Source: the human T2T-CHM13v2.0 reference genome, Homo sapiens. From it: a stretch of DNA of 64,000 nt. Below, one piece after another: positions 32,726-46,620 of this stretch. Location of the stretch: NCBI RefSeq assembly GCF_009914755.1, contig NC_060926.1; one strand, written 5' to 3'. How positions within the stretch are numbered: the first letter of the stretch is position 1; every line of letters begins with the position of its first letter. The translations under genes were made by a program, and so were the position numbers. The notes under the pieces were generated by a model. The model was not told the DNA's origin, searched no databases, and saw only the letters and a list, made by a program, of their open reading frames with translations.

Positions 32726-33517
32726 AATGTAATCCGATTTTACCATTAAAAACTTCACTCTGACAGCATGAAAAATGGATTAAAGAGGAGGCCAGTGTGG
32801 AGGTAAGAAGACTGATACAAGATGCTGGAGTAAACAGATAAAAGATGATAGTAGTCTAAACTGGAGTTCAATACTGAAGTGTTAGAGAACAGAGGCTGAC
32901 GACAAATTTGAAAAATGTTAAAGATATAATATTAACTAGCTATGGTGACTGAATGTAGGGTTGAAGAAAATAGAAGAGGAAAAATGTTTAGCTTTCTGCA
33001 TCATGTAACTGAAGGGATATGGTGCTATTCATAGAAACAGATAACATTGAAATAGGAGCTTTGGGAGAAAATGCAACAAGCTCAGTTTTAGACCTTTTGA
33101 ATTTGTGATACTTGTTGGATATTCAAATGGAGACTAGAGATGATCAATAAAGAGTGCGATATCTAGATATGAAACTAAAGTGAGCAATATGAACTGTGAG
33201 TATAGTATAGATTTGAGTGATTAGTATGTAGATAGTAATGGAAGCCTAGTAAGTTTATTAGAATGCCCAGTAAGAGTGAATATAGTGATAATAGAAGAAG
33301 AAGAAGGATGGAATTCCAAGGAACAGTAATATTTGAGTTTGAGGAAAAGATTCTTCCCAAAAAAGAGAAGGAGAAGCCCTAGAAGTGCCTGGACAAGCAG
33401 GAGAGTGTGTTGTCATGAAAGTTGAAGGAAGAAAGTATTTCCGGAATCAAGGTGCCACAGAAAATAAGGACTACAATGTTTTCATTGGATTTAACAATAA
33501 AGAAATTCATTAATAAC

Positions 33518-33993
33518 TGTGGTACATTAAAGATAGCTGTAAATTATTTGCTGTTCTCTCTATCAAGAAGTGAAGTCTATTTGCTTTCTGTTGAATCTGG
33601 GCTGGATTGGACTTGTATTGACCAATGTGGCAGAAGTGAGGTTCTTTAATTTCTGAGGCTGAGCAGCTTCTATTTTCACAAGGTTGAAATTGTTCCTCTT
33701 GAAATTCAGCCATCATGTTGAGAGAAGCCCACATGTAGAGAGGCCAGGAGGAGAAGGACTAACTTCTAGCTGAGTTCCCAACCAAAAGCAAACACCATCT
33801 GCCAGCCATGTCAATGAGCCATAGTGGATGTTCCAGCTCAGTCAAGCCTCCAGGTGACTGCAGTTCTGTGCAGAACAGAGGAATTGTCTAACTGAGCCTT
33901 GTCAACCCACAGAATCATGGCAGATAATCAGTGGTGTCTGTTGTTTTAAATGACTAAGTTTTGAGGTAGTGTGTTACTCAGCAATTGACAACC
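33518..33993 (+). mobile_element. MLT1H-like MaLR LTR
   Basis: Starts tgtggtacattaaagatagctg and ends ttgttttaaatgactaagttttgaggtagtgtgttactcagcaat. Confidence 0.75.
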
Positions 33994-34234
33994 TATTTTC
34001 TTACTATTTTGTAAAGTCCATAAGAGCAGCTGTCCTGTTGGGGAACTGCAGGTGTAAATTGCAATGGGTTGAAGAGTGACTTGAAGGATAGAAACTGGAG
34101 ACATCTATTTTAAGAAGTGGACTGTGAAAGAGAGGAGCTATTTTGAGTGGTATTGGAAGAAGTTCTGTATTTGACAAAGGATGTTTTGTTTGTTTTTAAT
34201 AGGAAAAACTTAAACGGTATTTAAGAAGGGGTTA

Positions 34235-34536
34235 GTTAGGTGGTGCCTCATGCTTATAATCCCAGCACTTTGAGAGGCTGAGGCAGGAGGAAAGCTTGAG
34301 GCCAGGAGTTCAAGACCAGCCTAGGAAACACAGTGAGAACTCATCTGTACAAAAAAAAGTCAAAAACTTAGCCAGGCATGGTGGTACATGCCTGTAGTTC
34401 CAGCTATTTAGGAGATTAAGGTGGGAGGATCATGTGAGCCCAAGAGGAGGTCGAGGCTGCAGTGAGCCATGACTGCACCATTGCACTCCAGCCTGGGTGA
34501 CAAAGTGAGACTCTGTCTCAAGAAAAGAAAAAAAAA
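34235..34536 (+). mobile_element. Alu (AluJ-like)
   Basis: Diverged dimer plus A tail. Confidence 0.9.
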
Positions 34537-35398
34537 GTGTTAGTTTAAGGAAAAAACATTGAAGACACAGGAGAGATGGGTTAATTGATGGAGCAAGGTT
34601 CCTGAGGAGACAGGGAAAATGCTGTCTTATTCAGATGCCCCTAGAAAGGATCTGATTGGTTTCATTAGATATTATCCAATATGGATGCCTGGATGAGTGA
34701 ACTTTCATATCCTACCTCCTCAGCAGTCATCCTATGGATGGCTGCCTATGGCTCAGGCACTAATACATTTTCTAGTCATCTATGGCTAGAGTATTTAGGT
34801 AGTATTGTTTAGGGTATTTCAGGCTATGAGTAATAGAAGACATATCTCAAAGTGGCTAAAACATACATCTGAAGTTTGAAGGTTGATTAAATCAGCAGCT
34901 CAAAAGGTATCATCAAGGTTCCAGGTTCTTTCTATCATTCTGCTCTGTTGTCTTTGGACTTTTATCTTGTTCTCTTAGGTGTCCTTCCATAATTGTCTCA
35001 AGATGACTGCTGCAGTTCCAGGGGTCATATTCAGAAGATAATGTCAATGGACAGAAGTAAGTTTCTCCATGCAAGTCCCTTTCCAGAAGTATTCTAGCAA
35101 ACTACTCAAAAGTTTAGAATCTCATTATATGCCCAGTCAATATTGAGGATGATTTTAGGTAGATTATTTAAACTTACTGAACTTCCATTTGCTCATCTGT
35201 AAGACAGGTAGCAAAATATCTATCTCAAGATTATCATAAGGAATAAAAGAGTTTTATATTAAGTGCATCACCTAGTGTTTGGCCCATATGTCCTCCATCT
35301 TCCATCCTGTGTCTACAGTTCATTTTCTATGAAACATACTTGAGGTTCTCTCCTCCCATTTAAAAGACTACATATGGCTTAAAATAAAATTGATTCAT

Positions 35399-35605
35399 GA
35401 GAACACAGGGACACAGGGAGGGGAACATCACATACCAGGGCCTGTTGGGGGTGGGGGGCTAGGGGAGGGATAGCATTAGGAGAAATACCTAATGTAGATG
35501 ATGGGTTGATGAGTGCAGCAAACCACCATGGCACGTGTATACCTATGTAACAAACCTGCACGTTCTGCACATGTATCCCAGACTTAAAGCATAATTAAAA
35601 AAAAA
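35399..35605 (+). mobile_element. 5'-truncated L1PA7-like 3' end
   Basis: gggagggatagcattaggagaaatacctaatgtagatga...gcacatgtatccca plus A tail; TSD aaaattgattcat. Confidence 0.92.
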
Positions 35606-37263
35606 TTGATTCATCTTCTGGTGCTAGAGTTTACTCTCCTGGAAATACTCAGAAGAGAGGAAAAAAATAACTGGATGTCTATTAGAAAAGAAAAAGGATG
35701 GACGGACAAAGGAGAATGTCTGCTCCATGGGACCACCAGTGTGCAAGAAACTGTTCTGGTTGTCTCATTCTTGGGGTGTAAAAACTCCTGGGTTCCAGGC
35801 AGGAACTGCCTGGGTTCCAGGCAGAGTTTCCTGTCTGGGAAAAAGGGAGAGAGCCAGTGCACAGGTGGGGATCCAGGGCACAGATGGAGTATAGGTGCTG
35901 CTGTATGTGTTGGGTAACAGAGGTGAACATTCAGCATGATTTATTCTTATTCCAAGTATATACTGTATAGGATGGCCCTGGGCTTCACCACAGGCCTAAG
36001 ATGGAGCCAGAATAATAAATCATAAAATTCCATGGGCTCCAAAGAGAATGTAACCTGAATACTGAATAGTATTTGCGTTATCATGTAACTAAGGCAAAAA
36101 TAAAATACCGTGCATTCTCACATGCCTTGTGCTTTCTCTAGAAACAATTAAATTTCCCATCTAGAATCTCCCTTTGCTTATCTCAATAGACACAGTGCCA
36201 TCTACTGAAAATAAAGCACCAATAGCCATGGTACCCTGAGGGATTCCCAGGAGAGCCCCCCTCTCTGTGGGCTCCCTGTCTCACCCACCTCCCAGATGGA
36301 CTGGAGGGAGTAGGCGGAATCCACAGGCTGTTCTCCTGTCACAAACTGTAATGCATCTGTTCCCTGGTGCTTTCCGTGAGCAGCGAGAGTAAGATGTTCC
36401 TGAAGGGACCTAGGGAGCCTGGCAAGGCACTTACAGTGTAAGTGAAGGCTCTTTTAGGCTACCCTCTTGCCTTCAACCAAGTATAAACTGAAGCTATTTT
36501 ATATAGTGGAGGCATAGTTTTTATATTCAATCATAACAAGGATGAATGACATGTCTTCCTTTGGGTAATTAGGAGATGTTTCTTTCCACACAATAGTGTA
36601 GCAATGTGTTTAAGTACGTTTACCCTTCTGTGAAATTTTTAATGGGTACAATGGATAAGAGATTAATAACAGAATCCTGGACCATTATCAAGTCAGGTAT
36701 GTCTTTGGGAAATGTGGATAACCTAGGTTGCTGTGAAATTCACTTAGGCGAAAGTCCACATTTTAGTTCATTATGTCCTCTCCAGGTGGCAATGTCTCTT
36801 GGTCTCATACATGGAGAAATGGAGAAACAAAAGGAGACCGTTTCTGATTTAGCCACTACAATTAATGATAAAATAGAAAATGGAAGCTTTAAAATACACA
36901 GCCCTCTGCAGGACATACTCAACTCTTGCCCTCACCACCTCTCACTTTACCATTCCTCCTCCCAAGGAATCTTGGCTCAGCATGTCAGGAAGCCCTTCAG
37001 GGACCGTTTATAATTTAAAGCTCTGGTTTGAACTGATTCTGATTTGGCTTTTGGTAGTCAGATCTGGCATCTCTTCCATTTGCCCCTCCAAATCTGGCCC
37101 CATTTTCTCTGTTGCATTTACTGCTCATTCTTTCTGCTGTCTTTTTATTAGATTTTCCAAAGCAAAACTCCCTGCAGTGAAGTCTGTGGTCTGGTAATTT
37201 ATCACAGATATTCTTGAAATTGCCTCATTAAAAGGGGCATTCGAAGCTGAAACCTAAGCGTCT

Positions 37264-37287
37264 GTTACCACGGTAACCACCGGCAAC
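37264..37287. promoter_or_regulatory. Two overlapping RFX X-box motifs in unique, CpG-retaining sequence
   Basis: GTTACCACGGTAAC (37264-37277) and GTAACCACCGGCAAC (37273-37287) both fit GTNRCC-N0-3-RGYAAC. Confidence 0.55.
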
Positions 37288-37666
37288 TATTTAGAACAGC
37301 CTGCTTAAACCAGAGGGGTAGAGGATTGCTGTTGGCAGAGATTGAAGGTAGGCAACTAAACTCTACTGGGCAGGGGAAAAGGCCTATAGATTCTGATGTG
37401 GAATTCTCAACCTCAAGTCAGATATCCTTCTACATAAGACAAAATAAGTTGGTGCCATGCTCCTGAGTTCTCTCCTGCATGTAGTCTAGGAAATTTGAAA
37501 ATTGAAAATTCTTTTCACCATCAGATTACCAAGGGAGTTTGAATTAAAAATGTATACCTCAAAATTACTTGATCATGCTTTGCATGTTCTTGAGCCAGTC
37601 ATTTGCCTCTCAGTGCCTCAAGTTCTTTGTACATTTTTTTAAAAAGTGGCCACCATGAACTCTATA

Positions 37667-38050
37667 TGTCTTAGTCTGTTTGTGCTGCCATAACAAAATG
37701 CCTTAGGCTGGGTAACTTATAAAGAAAAGAAATTGGTTTCTTACAATTATGGAAGCTGAGAAGCCCAAGATCAAGGTGCTAGCATTAATGTTTGGAGAGC
37801 TGCTCTCTGCTCCCAAGATGGTGCCTTGTTGTTGTGAAATCTGCAATATCACGGGGTGGGAGGTGGAAGAACAAGAGAGCCAAACTTCACTTACTCAAGG
37901 CCTTTTAAGAGGGTACCTAACATCATTCTTGAGGGCGGAGCCCTCATGATTTAATCACCTCCCAAAGGCCCCACCTCTTAACACCATCACCTTGAGAACT
38001 AAGTTTCAGTATACAAATTTTGGGGGTATACACACATTCAGACCATAGCA
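37667..38050 (-). mobile_element. MST (MSTC/MSTD-like) solo LTR inserted in a MIR
   Basis: tgtcttagtctgtttgtgctgc...cattcagaccatagca; TSD ctata/ctatg. Confidence 0.85.
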
Positions 38051-40479
38051 CTATGTCAGCAGGTTATGTGAATTATCAGTGAGGCAATAAAAGTGAAGCC
38101 TTTTTGTTAACAAGGTGCTACATTCAAGTAGACTAAAACTCACATTTTGAATCTATAACTGTTCTCCAGAATGTCTTATGGATTGCCATTAGGCAAGCTT
38201 CTTCTCTCAAAACAGAAACAAAATCAAAAACAATCACAATTCCTCCAATAGAGAGTAGTGTCAAAATAACCTTATTTATTGCCTTTCCAAGCCAGGATTC
38301 TCCATACTTTCCATTATCCACAGGCCTGTAAAAGAGCTAACAGTGCCTGTTAGGCATATCTTGAAGTACTACAAAGGTGGTTATAAGAAAAATACATTTG
38401 GTAAATAATGAAGATTACAAAAAGTACAAATGACATTCCTTTGTCCTGTTTTCTTGGTTTTCCAGTGCAATTTTGGATAAAATATTAAAGAGACAATTAA
38501 TCAGGAGTGCTGAGCACTGTATGAAAATAGAGAGAGATGCCAGGTCAGGCAATACATATGGGTAATTTAGAAAGATCTATATTTTTAAAAGTAGTTAGAT
38601 GCTTGGGAGTATTTTGTATGTACTGTTTTCTTAGTAGAAATATAGTGCATTAAATCAACAGGATTAGACAAATATGACAGATGGAAAAACACATCTTGGT
38701 GAGCAAAGTATGGAGGGATGAAGACATGATAAAGAAGAAAAGACTGCAGAGTGTTGATGTTCTTGTGACAAGAAGAAGGGGGTATGCCCTGGACTGGAGT
38801 CGTGGTAGGAATGGTTATGGAAGACAGTAACAACAATAACTAGTGTCATATGAAAAGGGATTGAGTTATGGATATAAGTGGATGCATTAAATCTGCAAGA
38901 TCTAGAATTTCTTCAGCACTGCACTCCTTTTGTTGTTTTTCATACTGTCACAACTGCATTGATCAACTATTAGTGAATTTTTGATGACTCATTCATGTAC
39001 CTACGAAGGAACAGGGGTAAGCAGAGCTCATTCTTCGGGTAGTCTTAAGTAGGCAGCCTGCGAGCTCAAATGTTCTAAATTTCCTTCTTTTCACCAAGTA
39101 GGTAGGGAGGTCTGAGCTTCCCAGAGATAGGTGGGGTGTGGAGGAGTTCATGGAACATCAAAAATATTGAGATGTTCAAATCAGAATGGATTCAACATCA
39201 AAGAGAGATCTTGCACATATTTCAGAAAAGGTGAACAAAGCAATTCCACATAAAATTGCTTGTTTTGTGGCTGTTAATGAGAAAATTCCCAGAAACATAC
39301 CTTTTACTGTTTATGTCTCAGACCTTGTAAATCATGAAATGCAATTTCAGATTGTAGTGTAAGACCTATAGAGAAACGTGGGTATTGCTGTTAGCTGTAA
39401 ATACAGTTCTTTATTATGATTGCAGCTTGTTCTCCCTAAAATAAAATTCAGCATGTGCTGAATTTAAGTTTAGCTTGGCTAACTTTTCTGCCAGATAGAA
39501 TATAAGTACACTGCATATAATACTGTGTTAGCTTTTTTTTTTTCAACATGAACTCAAATTTTGAATGTTCTTATCAGTTTATTATTAAACCTTCATGCAA
39601 AAACAAAATGGGAAAATGTAAGGGCATAATCTGTGGCATCAGATAGAACTGTTTAGATCTTGATTATGCCACTTACTTGATTGCTAATCCTTACTTTCCT
39701 TATCTATAAAAATTGGATGATAGATATGCTTACCTCATATGGTAGCTCTGAGGTATAAAGGAGACAATGAATGTAGACTTTGTTGGGATACTTACGTATC
39801 CTCAGTAAATAATACCCATTTTCCCCACCCAAGTTCTGAACCAATTTAGAAACAGACAAGAGTAACGCAGGCAGGAGACCATTATCATTGATAAAGCTGA
39901 CACTGGAGAACTTAGGCTTCCTGACGCTGAATACCAGAAATAGACAGGCTCACCAACTGGTATCAGGTAGTCCTGGACAATGGGTCGTTCCACCGGGAAA
40001 AGGTCTTTGCCACTATGCTTACAGCTTGCCTAAAATCATGCTCCCTGTGAGAGTTGCTACCAAAAGAGAAAGAGGCTGGAATACAAATACCCAGATTCTC
40101 TCAACTTATCCTTGCCAGGGGAGGATAAATGAGGAGGTGGAAGTATCCAGGAATGTTACAGCTCATGCAGCTCTCTCTCATGGGAGGAAACAGCAGGAGT
40201 GGAGAATGAGTATTCCCTCCCACAGAATGATTAGCACAGTGCCTGGCACATGCTAATTTATTATTTGTCATCTATGCCTATTATATTTACTGGTTCTTAA
40301 GGAAAAGTGAAAATAAATACAAATTATACTTTGAACATATGTGAGAGTGGTAGGTGGCAAGTTTTAGAGAGATTGATAAAACCTGAATAGTTAAGGTCCT
40401 TATATGTCATAATGTGCATTTTCATTTTGTTTCGTAGATAATGGATAACCAAAAATAATCTTAAATCAGGGAGAAACCC

Positions 40480-40880
40480 TCTATTAAGTCTGTTCTTACA
40501 CTGTTATAAAGAACTACCTGAGACTGGCTAATTTATGAAGAAAAGAGATTTAATATACTCATAGTTCTGCAGGCTGTATAGGCAGCATGGCTGCGGGGCC
40601 TCAGGAAACTTAAAATTATGGCGGAAGATGAAGCAGAACCAAGCATATATTCATCATGGCGGAGCAGGAGATGGAGAGAGAGCAAAGGGGGAAGTGCTAC
40701 ACACTTTCAAACAACCAGATCTTTTGAGAACTCTATCATGAGACAGTACTAGGGGGATGGTGCCAAACCATCAGAAACCACCCCTATGATCCAATCACCT
40801 CCCACCAGGCCCTACCTCCAACACATAGGGTCACAATTCAACATGAGATTTGGATGGGGACACAGAGCCAAACCATATCA
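40480..40880 (-). mobile_element. MSTA/THE1D-like solo LTR
   Basis: aaagaactacctgagactgg...gagccaaaccatatca. Confidence 0.88.
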
Positions 40881-40913
40881 AACTTTCAAGTTTGCACTTT
40901 AGAATATGAACTC

Positions 40914-41347
40914 TTTCTTAGACTGTTTCATGTTGCTATAAAAGAATACCTGAGTCTGGGTAATTTGTAAAAGTAAGAGGTTTATCTGGCTCATGGCTCT
41001 GCAGGCTGTATGACCATGACACCAGCGTCTGCTTCTGGTGAGGGCTTCATGGAGCTTCCACTCATGGTGGAAGGCAGAGGAGAGCAGGCATCACATGGTA
41101 AAGGGAAAGAACAGAGAGAGAGAATGAGAGAGAGAGGAAGAGGGGTGGGGAGGGAGGTGTCAGACTCTTTAACAGATCTAACAGGAACTAAGAGCGAGAA
41201 CTCACTCAATCCCGCAAGAATGGCACCAAGCCATTTGTGAGGGATTCATCCTCATGACCCCAACACCTCTCTCTAGGCCCCACCTCCAACATTGGGGATC
41301 AAATTTCAGTATGAGATTTGGAGGGGACAAATATTCAAACTATATCA
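40914..41347 (-). mobile_element. MSTB-like solo LTR
   Basis: gttgctataaaagaatacctgag...atattcaaactatatca; 5-bp TSD aactc. Confidence 0.88.
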
Positions 41348-41389
41348 AACTCTAACTGCAGTATACAACATAGAGAAGATGAACAGTCT

Positions 41390-41598
41390 CCCTGAGCCAG
41401 GCACTATGGTATGCACCTAATAGAATGCGCTCTCTTTTAATCCTCACAGCAATCTTGAGAATAATGCCACACTCACATCACTCCCATTTTAAGATTGCAT
41501 AACTGAAACTTTGAAAGTTTAAATAATTTAGCCAAGATACTCAGCTTATAAATGAAAAAATCGAGAATTTGATCCCATATCTACCTGACTCTAAAACT
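41390..41598 (-). mobile_element. MIR SINE
   Basis: ttaatcctcacagcaatc...cccattttaagat...aactgaaact...agccaagat core. Confidence 0.7.
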
Positions 41599-41775
41599 CA
41601 GGACTGGCTTCATGGGCCCGTGACCAGTACAGTCACACAGAGACCTGAATTTAGAAGGGCTCTGAGCTTGGTTTCATGCTCTGCTGTCTCAGTATTAAAA
41701 TTCTTAATCATTTTAGAACAAGGAGCCTGCATTTTCATTTTGCATTGGGTCCCTTAAATGATGTAGCCAGTCCTG
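41599..41775 (+). mobile_element. MER45A-like hAT-Tip100 MITE
   Basis: ~177 bp with terminal inverted repeats caggactggct / agccagtcctg. Confidence 0.8.
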
Positions 41776-44249
41776 CCAAGATATCTTTTCTTACTATTAT
41801 TCCAGTCACCACTATCACCAAATCGGAAAGATTCTACACAAATAAAACTCCCCTTTTCATCAGAGTTATGGAAAAGTAATGAGTCTAGGTGGAAAATTAA
41901 TATGTGGATGATCGTATATGGGTGTTTCTGCATTTACACGTGTAAATGTTCACAATTCAGAGCCCAGTCATTGTCACCACTCTTTTCTCAAACATTTTTT
42001 TTATTCCTAGGGACTTCACCAGTGCTGCCATGCTGGCCCCAGGCTGTGAGTTGGACCCAGACCAAGAAGTGGTGAGGACAAGGCCTGAAGGTTAGTGAGG
42101 GAAGAGGAGAAATACATTCATGTCTAAGCACATGTGTCTGGTCATATTCCAAGTCTCAGTACAAATTAATTTTGAATTATGTGGTTGATGTTTTCCACAT
42201 TTCAGCTTCCATCAACTGGCACAAATAATTAAGGGATGATGCAACACATATTGGTACAATTTCTCAACTTTTTTAGAGCTAGGCCCACTGAAATTCAGGT
42301 AGCTACTACAGACGATGGAAGAGGTTATTTTAGAAAAACATGCTATGTGAACAGCCCTACACTGGTGCCTTATTTTCAATCACCTTTTTAAACCATGAAT
42401 TCATAATACTCTTTAAGGTAGTTGACCACTCTAACGATCCCTTTAATACATAATTTTTAAAAAAAAATAGAAAAAAATTGAAAATACAAAAAGAAAGACC
42501 CCAGAAAAATTATTCTAAGTCTTTCTGCATTTTTTTCACAGGCACATACACACACATACACAGACTTACAAAATAGAAAATGGTGGGCATAATTTTTTGT
42601 AATCTGGATTTTTTCCTACTTATACTGAGCATTAATGGTTTTGAAAAAAAGCTATCATAGTTTTTTTGGTCATTTAAATGATTTCCTGTGTTTTTTTTTC
42701 TATGAAGTCCATTGTTGTAAAAAAATCTGATTATTTTCTTAAGCTAAAGTGAAATATCCTATTCAAAGGACATATACACTCATAAGACCCTTGATATATA
42801 TTGCTAAATTGTCTTCAAGATTGGTTTTACCAGTATATAGTCCCAGCTCAATGTGGGAATGCCTGTTTGCATAAACCTGTTTTTAAAAGTTCAGATCTAA
42901 ATCTATTTGGTTTTCTCCTTCTAGCTGCTTATCAACCAAGGTGCATACTTTGGACTAAGGGGAACAGAAGATGCCTTGCCACTCTACCATACACACTGTG
43001 ACCACATGATTGTAGAGGCAACATTGCCTCTCTCCACTGGAGAGAAGAGCTTTTCTTGGTTTACTATAGCTTTGGCTATATCTTAGCTTACCATACCTTT
43101 AGTGAGGAGATACAACTATTGCCTAAACATACTTTTTTTTCTTTTTTAAGCTAGGCTATAATATTTATTGAGCTCTTTTTTCTTGCTAAATGATATTATT
43201 AATTTATTCTCTCACATATTTCCCTAGAACTTGTTTACTCCCTATTGAATAAATGTATGGCTTTTTTCCAATCTGAAGTCAGTGTTAGTCATGTTGCAAT
43301 GTTGTTGCCTAATTTGGGGTCTCTAAAATGACTTGTAAATAAGAATTAGATCCCAAAGAAAATTATTCCGGCTAATTATAAATCTTTGAAAGTTATTTTT
43401 ATGCTTTAGTTGTATTCTGTGAGGATTTACTATGGCCTTCTAGAGCTTTCTAGAATTAGAGAAGAAACAGCCTGAAAACCAACCTTTTGAGTAAGCTCAG
43501 ACTCAGATATTACTCATAGAAGCCCACATACTTAGATCCTTTTCTAAATCCTAGGATTGCTTTAGGGGACACATATCGATGAAGCATATTGATTAAACTT
43601 CAATGAGAAGTTTAATAGGAAAGTCTTTCTTATAAAGAAATCCTCTCTGGCCAGAAATTGAATAAGTAATTTTAGGGCAACATGACATGTTTTTGAGTGA
43701 TAACTTGGATTCTGAAAAGACATTTATTCAGTAATGCTAATAAAGTAATCATAATTCTTTTCACTGATTGCTTTCATCTCAAGTAATATTGTTTAATCAA
43801 CTGCAGAAGGACCAAGAGAATAACACCAACTTGACCTTTGACTTTTAACCTCAACAGTGTGTCTTCACATCACTGCAGTAGCAGATTGCTGCAGTTCTTC
43901 CCTATTGTTTTCTCAAACGTTTCTTTGGAAACTCTGAGGGTAATTCATTTGCCTGTAACATCAGGGAACTGCTTGTCTGATTATTAGATCAAATAAGAGG
44001 ATGAACTAGGGAGCTTATCAAAAAATCAGTAAAATATAGTTAGGACACTACATAATATTTTGTGTTTGGACCTCCTATTTTTTTTTATTTTTATTTTACT
44101 GCCAGTCATTCTACTGCTCATTTTGGGAACCTTTGCTCATTTCTTTATTATAAGTTTACCATTTTATAATATACCATTGAACATCTGTAAAGGTCTTCAC
44201 ATTTTTAGGTAGCTAAAATTGGATGTTAATATTTTTTTGGAAACTTGTT

Positions 44250-45290
44250 GCCTGGTAGTAATAAGGAGAAAGTGGGACTAGAAACTGGAAATAGCTATTT
44301 TTAAATTGTTAGCAAATTCTTCTGTTTATAGAGGTAAAATTTTGAATTTACTTTTGAGGACAGATTGCTCCTTCACTTCCATGCCTTAATTCCCAGACAC
44401 ATATATTTTGATTATGGGGAAGATGCCACCATGGTCTCTAATTCAAAGCATGTACCACATCCTGTTAAGACAGAATATCATCCTTTTAAGCCGTTGTCTC
44501 CCAGTTGGCACCATAACAGAGTCTTCAGTGAACTATTCCAGCTTTGAAATAGCCCAGCCATTTCTGAGAGATTGGGTGTGTGATGAGGCATTTAGATCAT
44601 TGCTAGGAAAACCTTCATCTGGGGAAGATGCTTTGAAAGGGGATGTTCATTTTCCTTAAGATGCACTACAATCACCCCCTCTTACCACTAAACGTTTGGA
44701 CAGGTCCAAATCTCAGTATGTTGTAGGTGGATAAGTACACACAATGACCTGGGAAAAATTAACTTGCATGCCCCAAACATTTCAAGACTTTGCTAATAAA
44801 TATATAGCAACAGAAACCTGGGGAACATGTGTGAGAGTATGTTCTAAGGGTCTTTTTCATAAGAAGATACAATATTAGATTGGGTTAAATCATGGATATG
44901 GGTGTACTTAGTAGAGATTCTGGATTTAATGTATTAGCTCATGCAACTGGAGGTGGTTTTAACATCTTTCTTGGTGGATTGACTAAAACTTGGACTCAAT
45001 GGTAGTCTACATTTAATGGGGATGCCATGCCAGAGCTTCCTTGGCATGCCATGGAGAAGGGAATCCACAGGCTTAGGACATAAGGTTGAACTGGATTTAT
45101 CATGTGCAACCTGGTGCCCATCCTCCCACCTAATGCTCCACCAGAAGCCTCGAAGACTTTCCCTTCACTAAGATATTGAGAAATACTTTAGTGCAGGGCA
45201 CGTCTGAATCCTTGAAATGCTCTGTGATTACTCTACTTCGAAGGTCAGAAATGACTGTGGGGGATGTTGCCCACTTAGATGGGCTCCCTG
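44250..45290 (+). mobile_element. ERVL internal (gag-region) fragment
   Basis: cagaaacctggggaacatgtgtg, gatatgggtgtacttagtagagattctggatttaatgt and atgccagagcttccttggcat resemble ERVL gag. Confidence 0.7.
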
Positions 45291-45350
45291 ATTTGATTAT
45301 GATGTGCCTTGATGTGTGTCTTCATCTTTCTTTTCATTAACATTTATTGA

Positions 45351-45664
45351 GGCCAGGCACAGCGGCTCATGCCTGTAATCCCAGCATTTTGAGAGGCCCA
45401 GGTGGGTGGATCACTTGAGATTAGGAGTTCGATATCAGCTTGGACAACATGGTGAAATCCCATCTCTACTAAAAATACAAAAATTAGCTGGGTGTGGTGG
45501 CGCATGCCTGTAATCCCAGCTACTCAGGGAAGCCTAGGCAGGAGAATCACTTGAACCCAGGAGGTGGAGGTTGCAGTGAGCCGAGATTGCACCGCTGCAC
45601 TGCCTGGGTAACAGAGCAAGACTCTGTCGCAAAAATAAAATAAAATAAAATAAAAATAAATAAA
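45351..45664 (+). mobile_element. Alu (AluSx/Sz-like)
   Basis: Dimer with (aaaat)n tail; TSD tttattga. Confidence 0.93.
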
Positions 45665-45878
45665 GTTTATTGAGTTTCTTGGATCTATATGTTTATGTTC
45701 TTCAACAAATCTGGGGAAATTTCAGCCATATTTCTTCAAACTTTGTTCCTGTCCTCTCTTCTCTCTCATCTTGGAGACCACATTTACATTCAGAGTAGGC
45801 TGCACGAGGTTGTCCCACTGCTCACTGAAATTCTGTTGATCTTTTTCAGTCATTTTTTATCTGTGTGTTTCATTTTGA

Positions 45879-46381
<503 letters not shown>

Positions 46382-46422
46382 TAGACTATAGTTATAAACC
46401 TGTTTTAATAACCATGACTGCT

Positions 46423-46620
46423 ATAGTCATTCACCACATAATAACGTTTTGGCCAATGATGAGTTACATATATGACAGTAGTTCCATAAAATTTTAATAA
46501 AGCTGACAAATTTCTATTGCCTACTGACATCTTGATAATCCTGACTCTATGTAGGCCTGCATGTTTTTGTCTTAGTTTTTAACAAAAAAGTCTAAAAAGT
46601 AAATGGAATAAAAGTTAAGA
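46423..46620 (+). mobile_element. Tigger3-like DNA transposon fragment
   Basis: agtcattcaccacataataacgttttggccaatgatg...catatatgacagtagttccataa terminus. Confidence 0.65.

Larger units (their letters stand above)
32726..34620 (-). mobile_element. L2 LINE remnant interrupted by MLT1H and Alu
   Basis: Purine-rich antisense L2 motifs (ctcagttttagac..ttgaatttg, ggatattcaaatggaga, ttggatttaacaa). Confidence 0.7.

Noticed and set aside
36606-37197. 135-aa and 105-aa ORFs in unique sequence
   Set aside because: No recognisable domain or supported exon structure; the lengths are within chance expectation
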